DNA of 64,000 nucleotides from Phoronis australis (taxonomy: Eukaryota > Animalia > Phoronida): contig NMRA01000372.1 in the NCBI GenBank assembly GCA_002633005.1, positions 1 through 64,000 on the forward strand, written 5' to 3'. The translations under genes were made by a program, and so were the position numbers. The notes under the pieces were generated by a model, which saw only the letters and a list, made by a program, of their open reading frames with translations, was not told where the DNA came from and did not search any database. This document shows positions 1-13,282 of this stretch, piece by piece (position 1 is the stretch's first letter; each line of letters begins with the position of its first letter).

Positions 1-988
1 ATGTTACTAGTGTGGAGTCTGGGAAGTTCTAGGTTAAAGGAAAATTGACCAAGCTATGCAATGATGCTGAAAGTGAAGATGACAATACGACCATCTCCAT
101 GGAGGTGGGAAAAGAGTCATCGAGATGTGTTAGTGATGCTAAAAGTGATGATCACAAGACTTTTAATAAGAGCACAGCAAAGTTAACAGGATCTGCTCAT
201 TATTATGTTTTTTGTCTTAAGTTACATATTGTCACCTCCGTTCCCTAGGGTCTTCATCATCACCATCATCACTTCAACCACAGCCTTTAAGAACCTGAGT
301 TTTGTTAAATAGACAATACAGACAAATTGCTCTGCAGATTTAGCAGTTTCAACATCTTTAAAATAACTGCTTTCAGTTTTTGAGAATGGTAATCACTATG
401 TATAAGTATTTTGTATGAAGAAAGCAAACACAAATTACTCTAAAACTATCACATTTTCTTTAATTACAATTGTAGTCTTAATTGTTACTAAGATGGTGGG
501 AGTCTGAATTTGTGGTGACTGGAAGCCTGCTAAGACCCGTATGTTGCACAGGATGAAACTGTTAGTACATGTACAGTACAAACATTGTTTCTATGGATGT
601 ACATTTATCCTTTATTTTTGGTGTCAATCATTTGATTTTAAAGATAATTTGTGCCAGATCAATAAATGATTAAGTTTTCATCTGTGAGAGATTTTATTGG
701 CGAACTAAGCAAGAATGTCATTCACAATGGTTTCAACGTGTTTATAGAAGAGTATTTTTATCGAAGGTATCAACATACATCGTAGAGCCTGANGTTGTAT
801 ACCACGTTGCTTGAACGGCCAGAAAAAGTACTGACACACAACTTTCTGTTTTACAATCTCTAGGGATGTTCAGATTCGGAAGCGTTGAGTCGTTGCCATA
901 CGCCGCGACGAATGAAAATATGTCAGTACAAAATTTATAAATGTTTTCGAAAAGTTAGATCATATTTTTAGCATCTCGTTGCCGCCGG

Positions 989-1831
989 CCCATACGAAAA
1001 TATTCAATAGGATCCTATAGGAATTCCTATAGGAATATCGCTTTCCTATAGGATTCCTATAGGATCAAGATATCCTATAGGGATTCCTATTGAAAAAATC
1101 CTGTAGGAATAAAATCACAAATCTGACTTCTAAGCATTTTAACAAACAAATAGCCTAAGAGTATATAGTAAAATATCGATTTGTTTTTATCTAATTTCAG
1201 CTCTCCCGAGTCATTAGTTTTTGTAAATTTAAATATTCAGGCGAGTCTTAATACATGTATGTTAATTGCTTCACAGAATACTATAGAACTTCCTATAGAA
1301 TCCTATTGAACTGTCTACTGGATATATTCAAGTCTTATACGAATTCTTATAGGGTTTCTCATAAGATATCCTAAAGGATTTATATAGGCTTTCCCTATTG
1401 GATGCTTTAGGACATATTATAGGATCCTATTGGATTTCCTATAGGAATCGTATAGGATTTTTGAAGGAAATCCTATAGAAATCGTATAGGATACAATAGG
1501 AAATCCTATAGAAAGTTCCTATAGGATTCCTTAAGAAATCCTATAGGATTCTCATAGGAATTCCTATAGGATCCAATAGGAAATCCTATAGGATTCCTAT
1601 AGGTAATCCCATAGAAAAAACCAATAGGATTCCTATAGGGTCCTATAGGACTCCTATAAGCTCCAATAGGAATCCTATAGGATCCTATTGGAATCCTATA
1701 GGCTGGTGGACCAAAATCCAATTGGATCCTATTGGATCCTACAGGATTTCCTATAGGAAATCGTATAGGAATTCGTATAGGATCTCCTATAGGAATCCAA
1801 TAGGAAATCCTATTGGAATTTTTCGTAAGGG
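989..1831. mobile_element. Non-autonomous CACTA/EnSpm (CMC)-like DNA transposon with palindromic CCTATAGG-rich subterminal arrays
   Basis: Left end CCCATACGAAAATATTCAATAGG (989) matches the reverse complement of the right end, CCCTTACGAAAAATTCCAATAGG (ends 1831). GG flanks both sides (987-988, 1832-1833), a candidate 2-bp TSD. The interior holds dozens of degenerate ATCCTATAGGA units. CCC/CAC termini with 2-bp TSDs are typical of animal CMC-EnSpm elements. Confidence 0.7.
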
Positions 1832-3279
1832 GGAGCATCACTGCAACGACCGGACAATTTTCGGCCAGCCAGGCTGCTTTTTCAGGACTACGGGTTGAAA
1901 CGAGACGCATTTTTCTTTCCAAAAAGCACAGAGCCCTCAATCCCTCGATTTTTTGGGGCCCAATATCCTTATTCCCTTCTCAAAAATATTCAAAACCATG
2001 ATAACGCGATGGCTTCCCACGAGGCCTAAAATTCCCCTAGAGTGATTGAAAATTTCTCCCTGAAGAAATATGATAACTATGCTTGCTCTGTCCAGTTAAC
2101 TGAAATTGAGCTCTAAAATGAGGTTATGCTTTGGACGAACGAATTAGGTGTTTTAATTTTAAAATTCAACTTGGTCCAGACTGATATTTGAAACCACATG
2201 AAATAGACGTAAGAATTATTAAAACCAAGTGAATGAGCTCCCCTAGGCCAGAGGATTCCACTTTCTAGTTAACAAACAAAACGTCTCATCTGTCCGACTC
2301 AAGATTTTGTTCAACTACGACTAACTAAGTCGTACTGGAGACCGTAGAGAGGGAGACAAACTATCAAGCGAAATTCCATTGGACGGCCACTGGCGGCCAT
2401 TGTTGTTTCACGGACAGTAGAAACGTCTAGCGGACGGGTGTGCAATAAACAAATATGTCAAGACATGACGGATCAAGTCGGTAAAAAGCAACGATGCTTT
2501 TTGCAATGCCTGCGTCTGCATCAACAGGTAATTGAAAATTCGTGACTTATGCTTTTTTACTCGCCTAGTGGTTAAGATAGATGATGTTCACGATTGAAAC
2601 AAAGAATGTTTTTGTGTGAAACTGCTGCCAGTCAACCAATGATGGACTGGGTGATTTGAACTTAATGTCTTTACTGTTTCCGGCATTTGATCGCTTATAT
2701 AGAAAATTATCGTTCATTGTTTGCATGATTTTGGGAAATATTGATTAGTGTATTCTATGCCCATTGATTACTTTCTTTCATTTCTTTCTGCAGTCTTAAT
2801 ACATTCAGATCTAAAAGATTATAATATTTACTATTACTACTTATTTACTAATTTTATTATTATTATATTATCATATATTTGTTTTATTTATTCTTTATAT
2901 TTGTTTTATTTATTCTTTATTTTTATTATTTATTTTTATTTATCTATTCATTGTTTTTATTGATTCCCTGTTACTTATTTAAATTATTTTTTGTGATCCC
3001 ATATAGTTAACATTCTGGCCGTCGTTTGTCAATAATTTACATTACATAGTCATGACATGGACTTCAATGCATAATTAATATTAATTTATGGTTCGGTAAC
3101 CTGCTTAATAATTTTCCATAGGAAGAGTCGAAGGAAGTGTCCTCTTAAAGGCATACTGAGCCTTATATCACTCAGTGACGATGTCGTTTGTAGAGATTTT
3201 TGTTGACGTGGGTCTCAAAACATCAAGTCAGGAAATAAGGCGTACTTGTGTTATTTACTTTGAATTTGGTCATTTTTAC

Positions 3280-3600
3280 CTGCCGATGTAGGCTGAATAT
3301 GCCTTAACTAAGTGCTGATAGTTGATTTCAAAAAGTGTGAATGGTTTACGAGAGCTGGAACGCATCGTAAAAACTACCCTAAATGGACTGTGTATTCCAT
3401 AGGCGTCTTGGCTAAGGGCATACAAGGCAGGTTTATTGGAATACAGACAGGAATTCCATCTCTTGCTGGTTTTCAGCCCCCTGACCCTATTGAATCCAGT
3501 TTCATTCAACACAACCCACCCCAATTCGCTACCCATTTCAGATACCATCAGGCACGGATGCTGGGGGTCCAGTGAATCAGTCCCAAATAGCGACTCCACT
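3280..3600 (-). CDS. Isolated putative coding exon, possibly thrombospondin-N/laminin-G-like
   Basis: Open 321-nt frame bounded by acceptor ttttacttgaatAG and donor AG|GTAAAA. The peptide ...TGFNRVRGL...PFRVVFTMRSSSRKPFTLFEI... loosely resembles TSPN domains. No partner exons found. Confidence 0.35.
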
Positions 3601-3814
3601 CTATTCAAGTAAAAATACTGCATATTTGTTTGGCGTTTTCTACTCTACTTTTGCGGGAACTCAAGATGAGTGTCTATTATTCTATGCTCGAACTGTTTAC
3701 CCAGTCGGAAATCACTGTCTCTTCAAGCCCGTTGCTTCCGTTGACTTGTTTTGGCACCACTTTTCTTGCTTCACTTCTATGACATCAATTTGTTCTGTAA
3801 TCAGTTCTGTGAGG

Positions 3815-4290
3815 AAATCTTTTCCTCAGGAGAAAAGTGTTCTGACCTTCTTCTACTCATTTTACTTATGACAGAGCCACCAGGAAAATACGTCTGCACT
3901 GATTCTACATACAACTGTGTGCTGTCATTGAAACTCACGTGATCACAGTTCCATTGAAGCACTTTATCAGCCGATTTCATAAAGGTGGTTTAACAAAACC
4001 AGGTTTAAGACTTAAACCTGGTCTTCATAAACCTGGTCAAATTTTAGACCTAACTTGCATTTCACCAACATGGTTTAAGAGTCTGAAAGCCTGGTTTTGT
4101 TAGATCAGGAAGCAGTTTTAAAGTACCAAAGTTACCCCACTGTGTCGAGCTGGGTAAACCCAACAAAGAAACTATTGAAGTGCTTCAATGAAACCTTGAT
4201 CACGTGGGTATACAATGGCATACACTAGTAGAGTCAGTGCAGACATTTACGAAAAGGTCTAAATGCTTTTCTCATGAGAAAAATGTCATT
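3815..4290. repeat. Diverged long inverted repeat (foldback element) enclosing a Harbinger-MITE-like fragment
   Basis: 3936-3965 (CACGTGATCACAGTTCCATTGAAGCACTT) matches the reverse complement of 4178-4206 with 3 mismatches. Similarity continues outward (GTCTGCACTGA.TCTAC; TCTCA.GAGAAAAG). The spacer contains GCCGATTTCATAAAG...AAACCAGGTTTAA motifs. Confidence 0.6.
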
Positions 4291-4743
4291 TCTGTGCCCA
4301 ACACACACATATTAAAGAACATGCTCACGATTAGATATAACATGATAAATGCCCAAATTTATTTCCGTGTAATTTTTGTGTTTACTTTTCGCGGCCAGGG
4401 GGGGGGGGCAAGACCCGTCCCCGGCAACATTAAATCGGAGAACAGTGGAGGTGGAACTCAATCAGGGCGGGAGGGCGAGAGTGCGAGAGTGATCTTTATA
4501 GGGGGCCACAAAACGGCAATTGCCCAGTAGTCAGCTCCAATAATGGCTTTCCTCCGTAAAACCTCGTAATATGCAATATAAATCGTAACAAGGTGTACAT
4601 AAATGAGGGGACAAAACTTCAGACAAGTGCATCACCTGTCGGTGAGCATCAGACGCGATGCCCTGTTGGAAGACTGACGTCAGCAACTTCATTATATTCT
4701 ACCACTTTTTCAGGTATTTATTATCATTTACAAGCAAGTACAA

Positions 4744-5860
4744 AAACAAACAAACAAACAAATAAGTACATCCATCCATTCACGCATGCGCACCTCAGGA
4801 GAGATCATTCTCGTATCTCGTATAAAGTAAACAACTTCTACATGGAGTTAACCTGAACAATAAAATTTTCTCATTTCGCAAAGAAGCTGTCATATACAAA
4901 TTTTTACATGCAATTAATTTTTCAGCATTATAGTACTCATAAGTATATGTAACGAACTTGTGGATATTAGGTATATTTTTGTGACATCTCTCCTTGTAAA
5001 TATACTGTTTAGCTAGAAAAAGCAAAATGTTAAATAGAAAATCGTGCGTCTCATAAAATCCAAGAATAACACGTTCGTAAGAGAGACAGTCGTGAAGCTG
5101 AATGCGACACTTTTGCAGTACCTTTCCGAATTCCTTCCAGAAATCTTGTGCAATGTCATATTCCCAAAAAAGGTGTGACTGCGTCTCTGAAGCTTGGTTA
5201 CAAAAGGAACATAAATTAGAATCCCGAACATGGATTTTGACTGAAAAGGTATTTGTTGCAATAATCCTGTGTTGTATTCTAAATTGGAACCATCTAATGT
5301 TGGGATCCTCTGTAATTTCATAAGGCAATGCGTATATTTTCTTTCACTCTAAACTATCTCCTAACTCTATTTCCCATTTACACTCTGACTTAGAAGCTTT
5401 CTTAACGTCATTAAAGACTGAACAAATATGTCCCTTCAAATCTTTCCGTAAGTGAGTGATTGCTAAAGGCATGCAAGGAAAGTAGACATTAACACTTTTA
5501 AATTTACTTTGAAATAGACTTTTTTGAAACCTTCTTAGAACAGAAACAACACCATTATATTCTATAAAGTTGGTTTTCACATTGAACCTATTCTTCATAT
5601 GGTTCAAACTAACAAAATCACCATCAGAGGTATACATATCTCTAACAAATCTTAAGCCTTTTACAAACCATGGTTTATAAAAACACTTGTGCTTCCGATC
5701 GCCAAGTTACTATTAAACCACACAGGTTGATTCTTCTTGTAAAAAGATGTCGTACTTCCAAATACGTCGCGCTAGTAGGAATTACCAACTAGAGTTAACT
5801 TCGACTCAATAAAGTCATCTCCAAATGAAACAAAATTCTTTATGTTCTGTCACTTATCAA
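4744..5860 (-). mobile_element. Degenerate 3' fragment of an L1/Tx1-clade LINE (post-RT region with zf-RVT)
   Basis: Broken frames read WFQFRIQHRIIATN...CSFCNQASETQSHLFWE...ILGF...NILLFLAKQYIYK, typical of the L1/Tx1 ORF2 C-terminus. Frameshifts and stops are present. A (TTTG)n tail lies at 4744-4763. Confidence 0.85.
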
Positions 5861-8800
5861 GTTCTACAAAACTCCGCGACCAATAGAGCGTTACAAGGTA
5901 GCAACTGCGGTGGATCCAGACTCACTTCTGTAAGTCTGCGAATTTCAGAAAATCACGGTTCCTAGTATAGTACACCTGGCGCACACCAGAAATTGTAGAA
6001 AATCTTTACGTTTTGGCAGAATTGCCCGTTCACGCACTTTGAGCATTTGATCAGTACACAGTCATAAAAAATCATACCTGGGAGTAATGAAACTAGAGCA
6101 ATGACACGGATGGTCGACAAATTTAGTTGTACGAACAACTCTCTCTGAGTCGTAAATAATTGCATAATTAGATATGGTCCGACCACCGAACGGGCTTCTG
6201 TTGCTCAAAATTATATGAGCACAGAGGTCAACTGGCTGGAAAAATGACTGAATTAACTGATTGAAAATATCTGTAAGAATTGACGATCAAAAGCGATCTT
6301 CAAAAGAAACACTATTCTTGGAATTCTTTGAGAAAAAGAATGTATATTTCAATTTATTGTCATAAATCTATAAATAATACTGCGTAGTGTAATTCACAAA
6401 TAGTAAACAGTCTCTAACATCGTCTTTCTTTTGAATCCGGTGAAAGTTATTACAAAGTACAACCACACGTTTTAGGTGTTTGTAAATGTTCCAGACAACA
6501 CTCCAAAAGCGGACCTCGTCTGAAAGGATGTCCTTTATTATGAGTGACATGCTTCTCAAAATACTCTAAGATGAAAGGCACTATATCTACTAGAAATTGG
6601 AAGAAAATGATGGTTGATTCCATTATCGGGTCACAGTTCCTCCATCGCATTCTCTAACATACGATTTCACAAAAAAGGAAAAGAGGGACAATCGATTTCA
6701 TCATTTGGGACCCCTCCTTAAGATAAAAGTCATAAAAGGAAAAAAGTGAGGGAAACTTTAAAGAGTTGGGATTTGTATCAAATGATGAAAAACGGAAAAA
6801 GACATTATCCTTTGCCAGAGATGGGTCCTTTGAGAAATACAACCTTTGCATTTTCAAAAACATTAATTTTTTTACTTTTTTCTTGGACTAGGTAACCATG
6901 AACATAAGCACGTTTTCAAATGAGCACCAAACGAGACATTCCAAAGGCTAAATGGCACACTGGTAGATGACAAACACTTTCTTAAAAGGATACTAAATCG
7001 TTTTGGTGATTTCAACCAAGCATCGTTTTGTCCCCTGCTGATGCTTCATTGGCGTCTCACTTGAGTTGTAACACACAGGATTTGACTAAAACGCAAACTG
7101 TTTATATCATAAAATGGAAGTAAGAGTTCTTGACTGGTGTTTTTTCTCTACAGTTGTCCTGTAAGTCGACAATAGCGTACATGTACAGTAGGTCACGCTT
7201 GTCGGTTTTGCAGATTTTGTGACAACCCGGAATTATCAGGATTTCCGCGGAATCATCAAACCTTGGAAGGTTGACGAGGGTAACCTTGAATTATTTCGTT
7301 TTAGAGAATTTGACGGTGAAGTCATTTTTAAAATTTGTAAAAAGGTCAAAGCCGGGTGTGATGTTCTTTTAGATTGTCTCCGTGCTAATCGATTGTCTGC
7401 GTCTTTTTCTTCAGCCGAAAAAAGCCATCATGTTCCTTTAAATATGAAATAATACAATAATTCAAACAAGTCTGCAGTGCTTAGATTTTGGCAAACTGGA
7501 CGCTGGCTGGGAATCTATATAGACATTCAATTTTTGTGGGGGCGGTTTCCCGCGATTTTGTCCCGGACAATGTTTTCCACGGTGCTTTGTGGTTCAATTT
7601 TCAATTTTTTACGACCACGCCCGAGAACATACCGCCAGCAAAGATAAAACCAAACCAAGTTGTATCGTCTTTTTCCAAAGTTACTCTTCTAATTTGAGTT
7701 GAGTCATATTTGTGCAAGTTTGGGTCGACGACTTGCAAAGTAGAGAGCTCGACCAAAATAAATACTTTCTTGGTGAACGGTCCGTGTACGCAAGACACTC
7801 GCGAGACAGTTACAGCGATTAACGCTCACTTTACTTGCGGTACAGAAATTACTTAGCTTCAGTGGCACTGAACAGTTAGGCTTTGAAATCTAGGGGTAGG
7901 CCAGGCTTGGGAGCATTTTTAGTTAGGAATTGCGTGTAGGTCAAGTGAATGTGGTTTGTATTTGTGAACACGCTGGGAATGAAAAAAGACCACTTGCTTG
8001 GCTGTAGCTGCATTCTCTTTCAAGATGACGGCACCCTGTGGCAATTGGGCATTGTTGGGTAGCAACTGAGAAATTGGCCGCGATTTCATGTAGCCCTCAA
8101 ATAAGCCAGATTTGCCAAAGAATAGTCGATTGACAGTACATTTGGACCACATTTTTGGAATAGGGAGGGAATTTTCTTTCGGAACCTAATGTTGAACATC
8201 AGCAGGGAAGTGGTGGTTTTGGTATGAAAAATACCGATTTTGCGTTTTTCGCTCCTGTTTTTCTTACTTTAGCCTGATTTTTATTGGGAGTGAAAGGGTC
8301 AAAAACACAAGAGAGAATAAAATTTCTGTTCTCATTTGTAAGGCTTGCTTTCTTTGCACGCAGTTCTTGACAGAGTGGAGAAAGGGTAAAACGTGCCTCC
8401 TTACTGCTTTAGTTTAGCATTCCAGCCTCGACGAGAAACGTGTTATGCATAGTGCGGCATGACATCAAATGATTTGAAACTTTTTTGATTATAAATTGCA
8501 TAATCCCCAGAAATCCCTCTTTCTAGCATTGAGTACGTAACCGCTTAACCGGAGATGATATCAACTAATTAATGAGAGGGACTTGAGAGTACACTGGTTT
8601 CACCACGAGGCTGACACGCTCCCACAGACGGCCATGAACTTGCGTGTCGACCATCGTCTCGCCACTTTCATTCTTATGAACACAAAACCTCACCGTGAGG
8701 AAAAGTAACAGCAAAACCTTTTAAAAGCTTAAAACTCGTAATCAAGGATACATTTTTGCTTAACTTCGAAAATTTGGAATTGTTCTTATTTGAACAGACG

Positions 8801-9835
8801 TTTCAGCTCAAGGTTTTCTTTATTAACCCAATCTTTTCTCCCGTTGCCAAACTAAGACAATCTTATTTTTGTGGGATGGGTTTTAACTAGTCCCACATTT
8901 TTGTTTGTACTTGACACCTTGATTTTGGAGTGTCTTTAAAATTAGAGTTAAAGTCCAAGTCAAAAAAATTAGCATTAATATAGTTTTCCGATCGCAAACC
9001 TTTCCAATACCTCAGTATAAGCCCGGGATTAAATTCTTAAAATGGAGCATATAAACAACAGTGATGTCGTAAAATTTGTAACAAAGAAGGGTTTCTGTTT
9101 GCGAATCTGTCTGGCTTAAAACTTCGTACAAGTAATGATTACATCAAACACAAATAAATATTTCGCGGATAACAGGGTTTTAAGAAACATGCACTTTGGC
9201 TGTCGGTGATTCCTGGAATTATCGCCGGGAAACTGTTTTCTCAGTTTTGTCTCATCGGTAACCCACTAGAGAAAAACACCAATACACTGGATTTCACGGC
9301 AGTGATCTACGTGAGGTTATGTCAGCGTGCCTAGCATCATCTGTCTCGGAAATACACTCCATCACAGTGCTAAACGAAAAAAGGCAAAGAAAATGAAAAA
9401 AGAAAAAATATATATTTTGCCGGCCTCAGGACCGCAGCCTATTGGACCCGGTGCGGATCGAGACAAGACACTGGCGAACGGTAAAGGCATGCGGTTGCAG
9501 CTGTTTTGTCGAAGTAAAATGTTCAAATCATAAATGCCGTATATATTCAAAGGTAGTTTCAAACACTTGCATAAAATTACGAGCTGGTGAATCCTGTGTC
9601 ACACTGCCGCGACAGCCCTTAGCTAGCCTCAGTGCCAGCTACCAGTATGAAGACTACCGTCAAAATACAGCTACATGTAGCTTGTTAGTAGACCCATACA
9701 GCTTTGGGTCAAGGCTACCCTTAGGCCTACCTGGTCGCTGGCCACAGCGCTCGCTCAAACGAGGTTTATTTAGAACTTGGGTACTTCTGGCGAACTATGC
9801 AAAGTTGTTGGCTTTCGACAGAGATTTTCCCAGAC

Positions 9836-11154
9836 TTTCTATGAGCGCACCAAGCTTAAAAAATGGGGGACTGGAATTTTTGGGAATGTCTATCTTTTAC
9901 TATAAGATTCACTGGGTATGTTCAGAGTTATGAACTGCAGACGCTAAATTTTGGTACTTCCTGTCTTCTAGTGAAATATATCGTCTCGTTTTCTACTTTT
10001 TTCGGAGTTCGCGCTTCTCTGACTGAGGTAGACCTTTTTCCATTTCTCCAAATAGGGGCTCGTCCAATGCAAAATGTTATCGTTTTTTATTCATTAAGCC
10101 AAAATGATTCAACCTTTTAACATAAAAAGTAACTTAAAATGCACAATACTTTACAACCTTTAGCATTACAAACGCTATTCAACAGCAAAAGTTTCCACGA
10201 TATGAAAGTGGACCTACATGTAACTATTTCCATGGTGACCGAACAGTGTTTCCTTACACCAGAATTTGACAAGCGTGATTAAAAAAATATGAATTTGCAA
10301 GGAATAAGAATTGGAGGCTTGAAGCTTCACAATCAAACATAGCTTATTTCTCAAATTAAGATTATTCATATTGTTGACTTGATAACCTGAACTACGAAGC
10401 AATAAGTTACAAAACATGACTTGAAAGCAATTGAGACTTAAAATTTAGAAAAATATGAATCATTTTGTGACACCTAATCAAGCCTTGAACAGCAGTTGAT
10501 AGTCAAACAAAAAACATTTCAAAATTATTTCAACTATTTTTTAGCTTAGTGTAAGATCACCTGAATGGGAAATTCATAGTAAAATAATTCGAATTATCTT
10601 ATATTTTTGCACAAAAAACACGAAAATTGAACAAAGTTCCTTTTTTGTAGCAAAGTTTGTCAAAATGTATCAACGTTCAATCTTCACAAATTACAAAGTA
10701 ACAAGTTGAACATGCCTTCCAGTTCAGCAAAAGTCGCCATGTTGTCGGTGCCGCCAGAAATGAGACGAAGTCCACCGGGAATTGTGAGCACATTTATCAC
10801 TTAATGAGTAACAACTGCGAGGCTGAAATTTGGTGAACACCGTTGAATTGTGCAGAATAGTAAGTAAAGATATGTCTCACTAAATTTCACCGTAAATTGT
10901 TGGCGAAAACAATTTACACAAAGTTTTAAACTCGTAACTTATACCGCTGTCCTCCAATATCGCCGACGCGATCCAAACAAAGTGATCCAAATTTCGCCAC
11001 AAAAATATTTGCAATAACTTAACTGTGCTTGCCCCGATTTTGATACTTTTTCGATTTTTACTGAGTAGGATGCACTACCTTTCCGATGATAGCAAAGTAC
11101 TTTTTCAAAACGAGAAAAAAATTAAAACGGAAAAATTTGGTTCGACTCATAGTG
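9836..11154. mobile_element. Probable non-autonomous DNA transposon with one CACTATG (Transib-like) terminus
   Basis: Right end 11139-11154 reads CACTATGAGTCGAACC on the minus strand, with a partial match CTATGAGCGCACC near 9839. The left terminus and TSD are not clean. Confidence 0.3.
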
Positions 11155-12990
11155 GTTCCTAGGCACGACCGCCCTACGTAAGGAACTAAACACCAATGCT
11201 ATTTTAACATAAGTACGCGTAACATTCCAACAAAATTCAACGACCACTAACTACAAACTATAAATACACAAACGAATCACGAGATATTACTAATAAAACA
11301 AAATAATGAAGACTTTTCGAGCAAGCCATAGCACATTCAGTTACAATGAAAAAATGGTGGCGTTCAGGACAAGTTCCTGAACTGATGAGCCGAAAATGTG
11401 GGTACGGAAATAACCGATGACAGCCGGTAATTATACGCTCACAGAGAAGGGACAAATACTGTTAAAAAATCGCTTTTGGCAAGAAAGGCGAAAAGAATAT
11501 AAAGAAAGGGTGTCGAAAATAAGATTTTATGTAGTAAGTATTTTCGGATACTGGAACCACATGGGCAGTTTGAGACCAGGACTTTAAGGTTTGACAAAGA
11601 GAGAATTATGAGTTTCTGAATGATTCACTAAGGCTTCGATTAAAATTCATAACTTACCAGCAGCTTCTGTTTTTTCATCGTCACTCAGATTCCATTTTCT
11701 TAAAAATGAAGTAATTTTCTTCATTGCACAGTGAAGCAGACGACGGAATAGGAGTCGTAGTGCGCATCGCCACTGCCGGTCGCCTGGGATATCGCGAGAG
11801 AGCCTATACTTAGCCATAGTTTCGTTACGATTGAGCCGTGTTCCGAATTTGACACACAAGAAATTGGATCTGAGCCCCCCCCAAACACACCAAAATTGCA
11901 CACATTTAAATCTTGTTTCCGCCATATAATGTTAATTACCGTACGGTAATTAATAAACTCAACATTTCCCTACGCTCTTGCTGTTTTATTTTTTGCCCCT
12001 AAATCCGCCTATGAGAGATAACATGAGATATTGCCATGTGAGAACACTTGATTTTGGCTAGATTTTCGCGAAGGCCTGCCGGGTAGTGTACGTTATAGCG
12101 TTACTGAACTCTGCACTGATGTCTAACTTGTTTTGCTCTTCTAGTCTAATACTCAAGCTCTTTGTTGTCATGCCAACACAAAATTTGGGCAATTTTTACA
12201 ATCAGTGTTACATACAAAGTTACTCTTAGGCGAAGTTTAACAGGGGATTTAAGTTTAAAACCTTGAGTAATTTTTTTTTGCAAGCGTTTAACACAAATTT
12301 GAGGCCCTCGTTCGGAGCAAACGCACTAAAAAAGGGAGACAATTGCCTACGTAATCGAGCAGACTGGTCACTAATAAATGGCAAATTCGGAAAAAAATGT
12401 TTCTTTTCAGAACTGTAGATTACAAGTTTGACAAAAATTCAAGTGCTTATGAGACTACTGAAACATCATGGAATGGGAAGTACATGCAGGAGTATGTGTA
12501 TCACAACGCAATTTCATGGTTGAACAGAACTTGAATACTAAATATTTTGGCCAAAATGATTTTATCATATTTAAAAGTTTGTTGCTAAAATTGCTACGAG
12601 TATTCTGACAATTACTTGTATTTGAGAAAAAATGAATGAATTAGACAAACAAGAATGGAATCCAAAATAATGGAATTCATTCGAAGAGGAATCCGGAACA
12701 GAATTCCGGAAAGTACTGGCTTGCAAGCCTACTNTATAGCCTATAGCCTACCACAGCTCCCTATGGTGTGCCGAGCATGCTACGTAGGAACAAAGATATG
12801 GCAGACACTCGGACTGACCGAAATTGTGCAATTCACTTTTTGACAGCGCCACCCTCAGCACACTGGGAAAAGTGTAACTGTAAGCTACAATGTGCATGTA
12901 TGTCATCACGTATGCTTTGATTAGCATTTTCACTTGATTTCTAATTTTTAATCCTTGGTTCGTGAATCTCATCAGTCCGCTTATCGTGCC

Positions 12991-13135
12991 GGGTCACATG
13001 ACTCATTCTGTACCAGTATAACCCGAAGCTCGTGCGGTTATCGTTTGTAGGACCACGAAGAAAGAACCCGGCTCTGCTAGTCTTGTGTTCAGTCGACTTG
13101 GACAATGTCGTCATTTGAAATTAAATAAAGAACAG
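12991..13135 (+). promoter_or_regulatory. Candidate promoter and non-coding first exon of the TRIM-NHL gene
   Basis: E-box GTCACATGAC overlaps an AP-1 site TGACTCA (12999-13005). A TATA-like TATAAC lies at ~13017 and a donor AG|GTTGGT at ~13135. The TRIM ATG sits just after an acceptor (ttttggtttcAG|gagATG), so an upstream exon is expected. Confidence 0.3.
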
Positions 13136-13282
13136 GTTGGTTGTTCAGTCTATTCATCAGTTGTTTACCTATTGCGTGCTAATGTCTTTATGGCAAAAAC
13201 ATACTCATGCTTCTGTTAACTTTTTCATAATAAAAACAAATACAGGGTCGTTGCTAGACTTTTCGTTGCATGCAAGCACAGA

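Noticed and set aside
45-290. Acidic ORF or possible terminal exon at the window start
   Set aside because: In-frame stop just upstream, no recognisable domain, and too little context.
1005-1830. Possible CRISPR-like array
   Set aside because: Degenerate 10-11-bp units with no unique spacers, no cas genes, and a eukaryotic context.
1506-1940. 144-aa ORF rich in IPIGSYR
   Set aside because: Translation of the CCTATAGG repeat array, not a gene.
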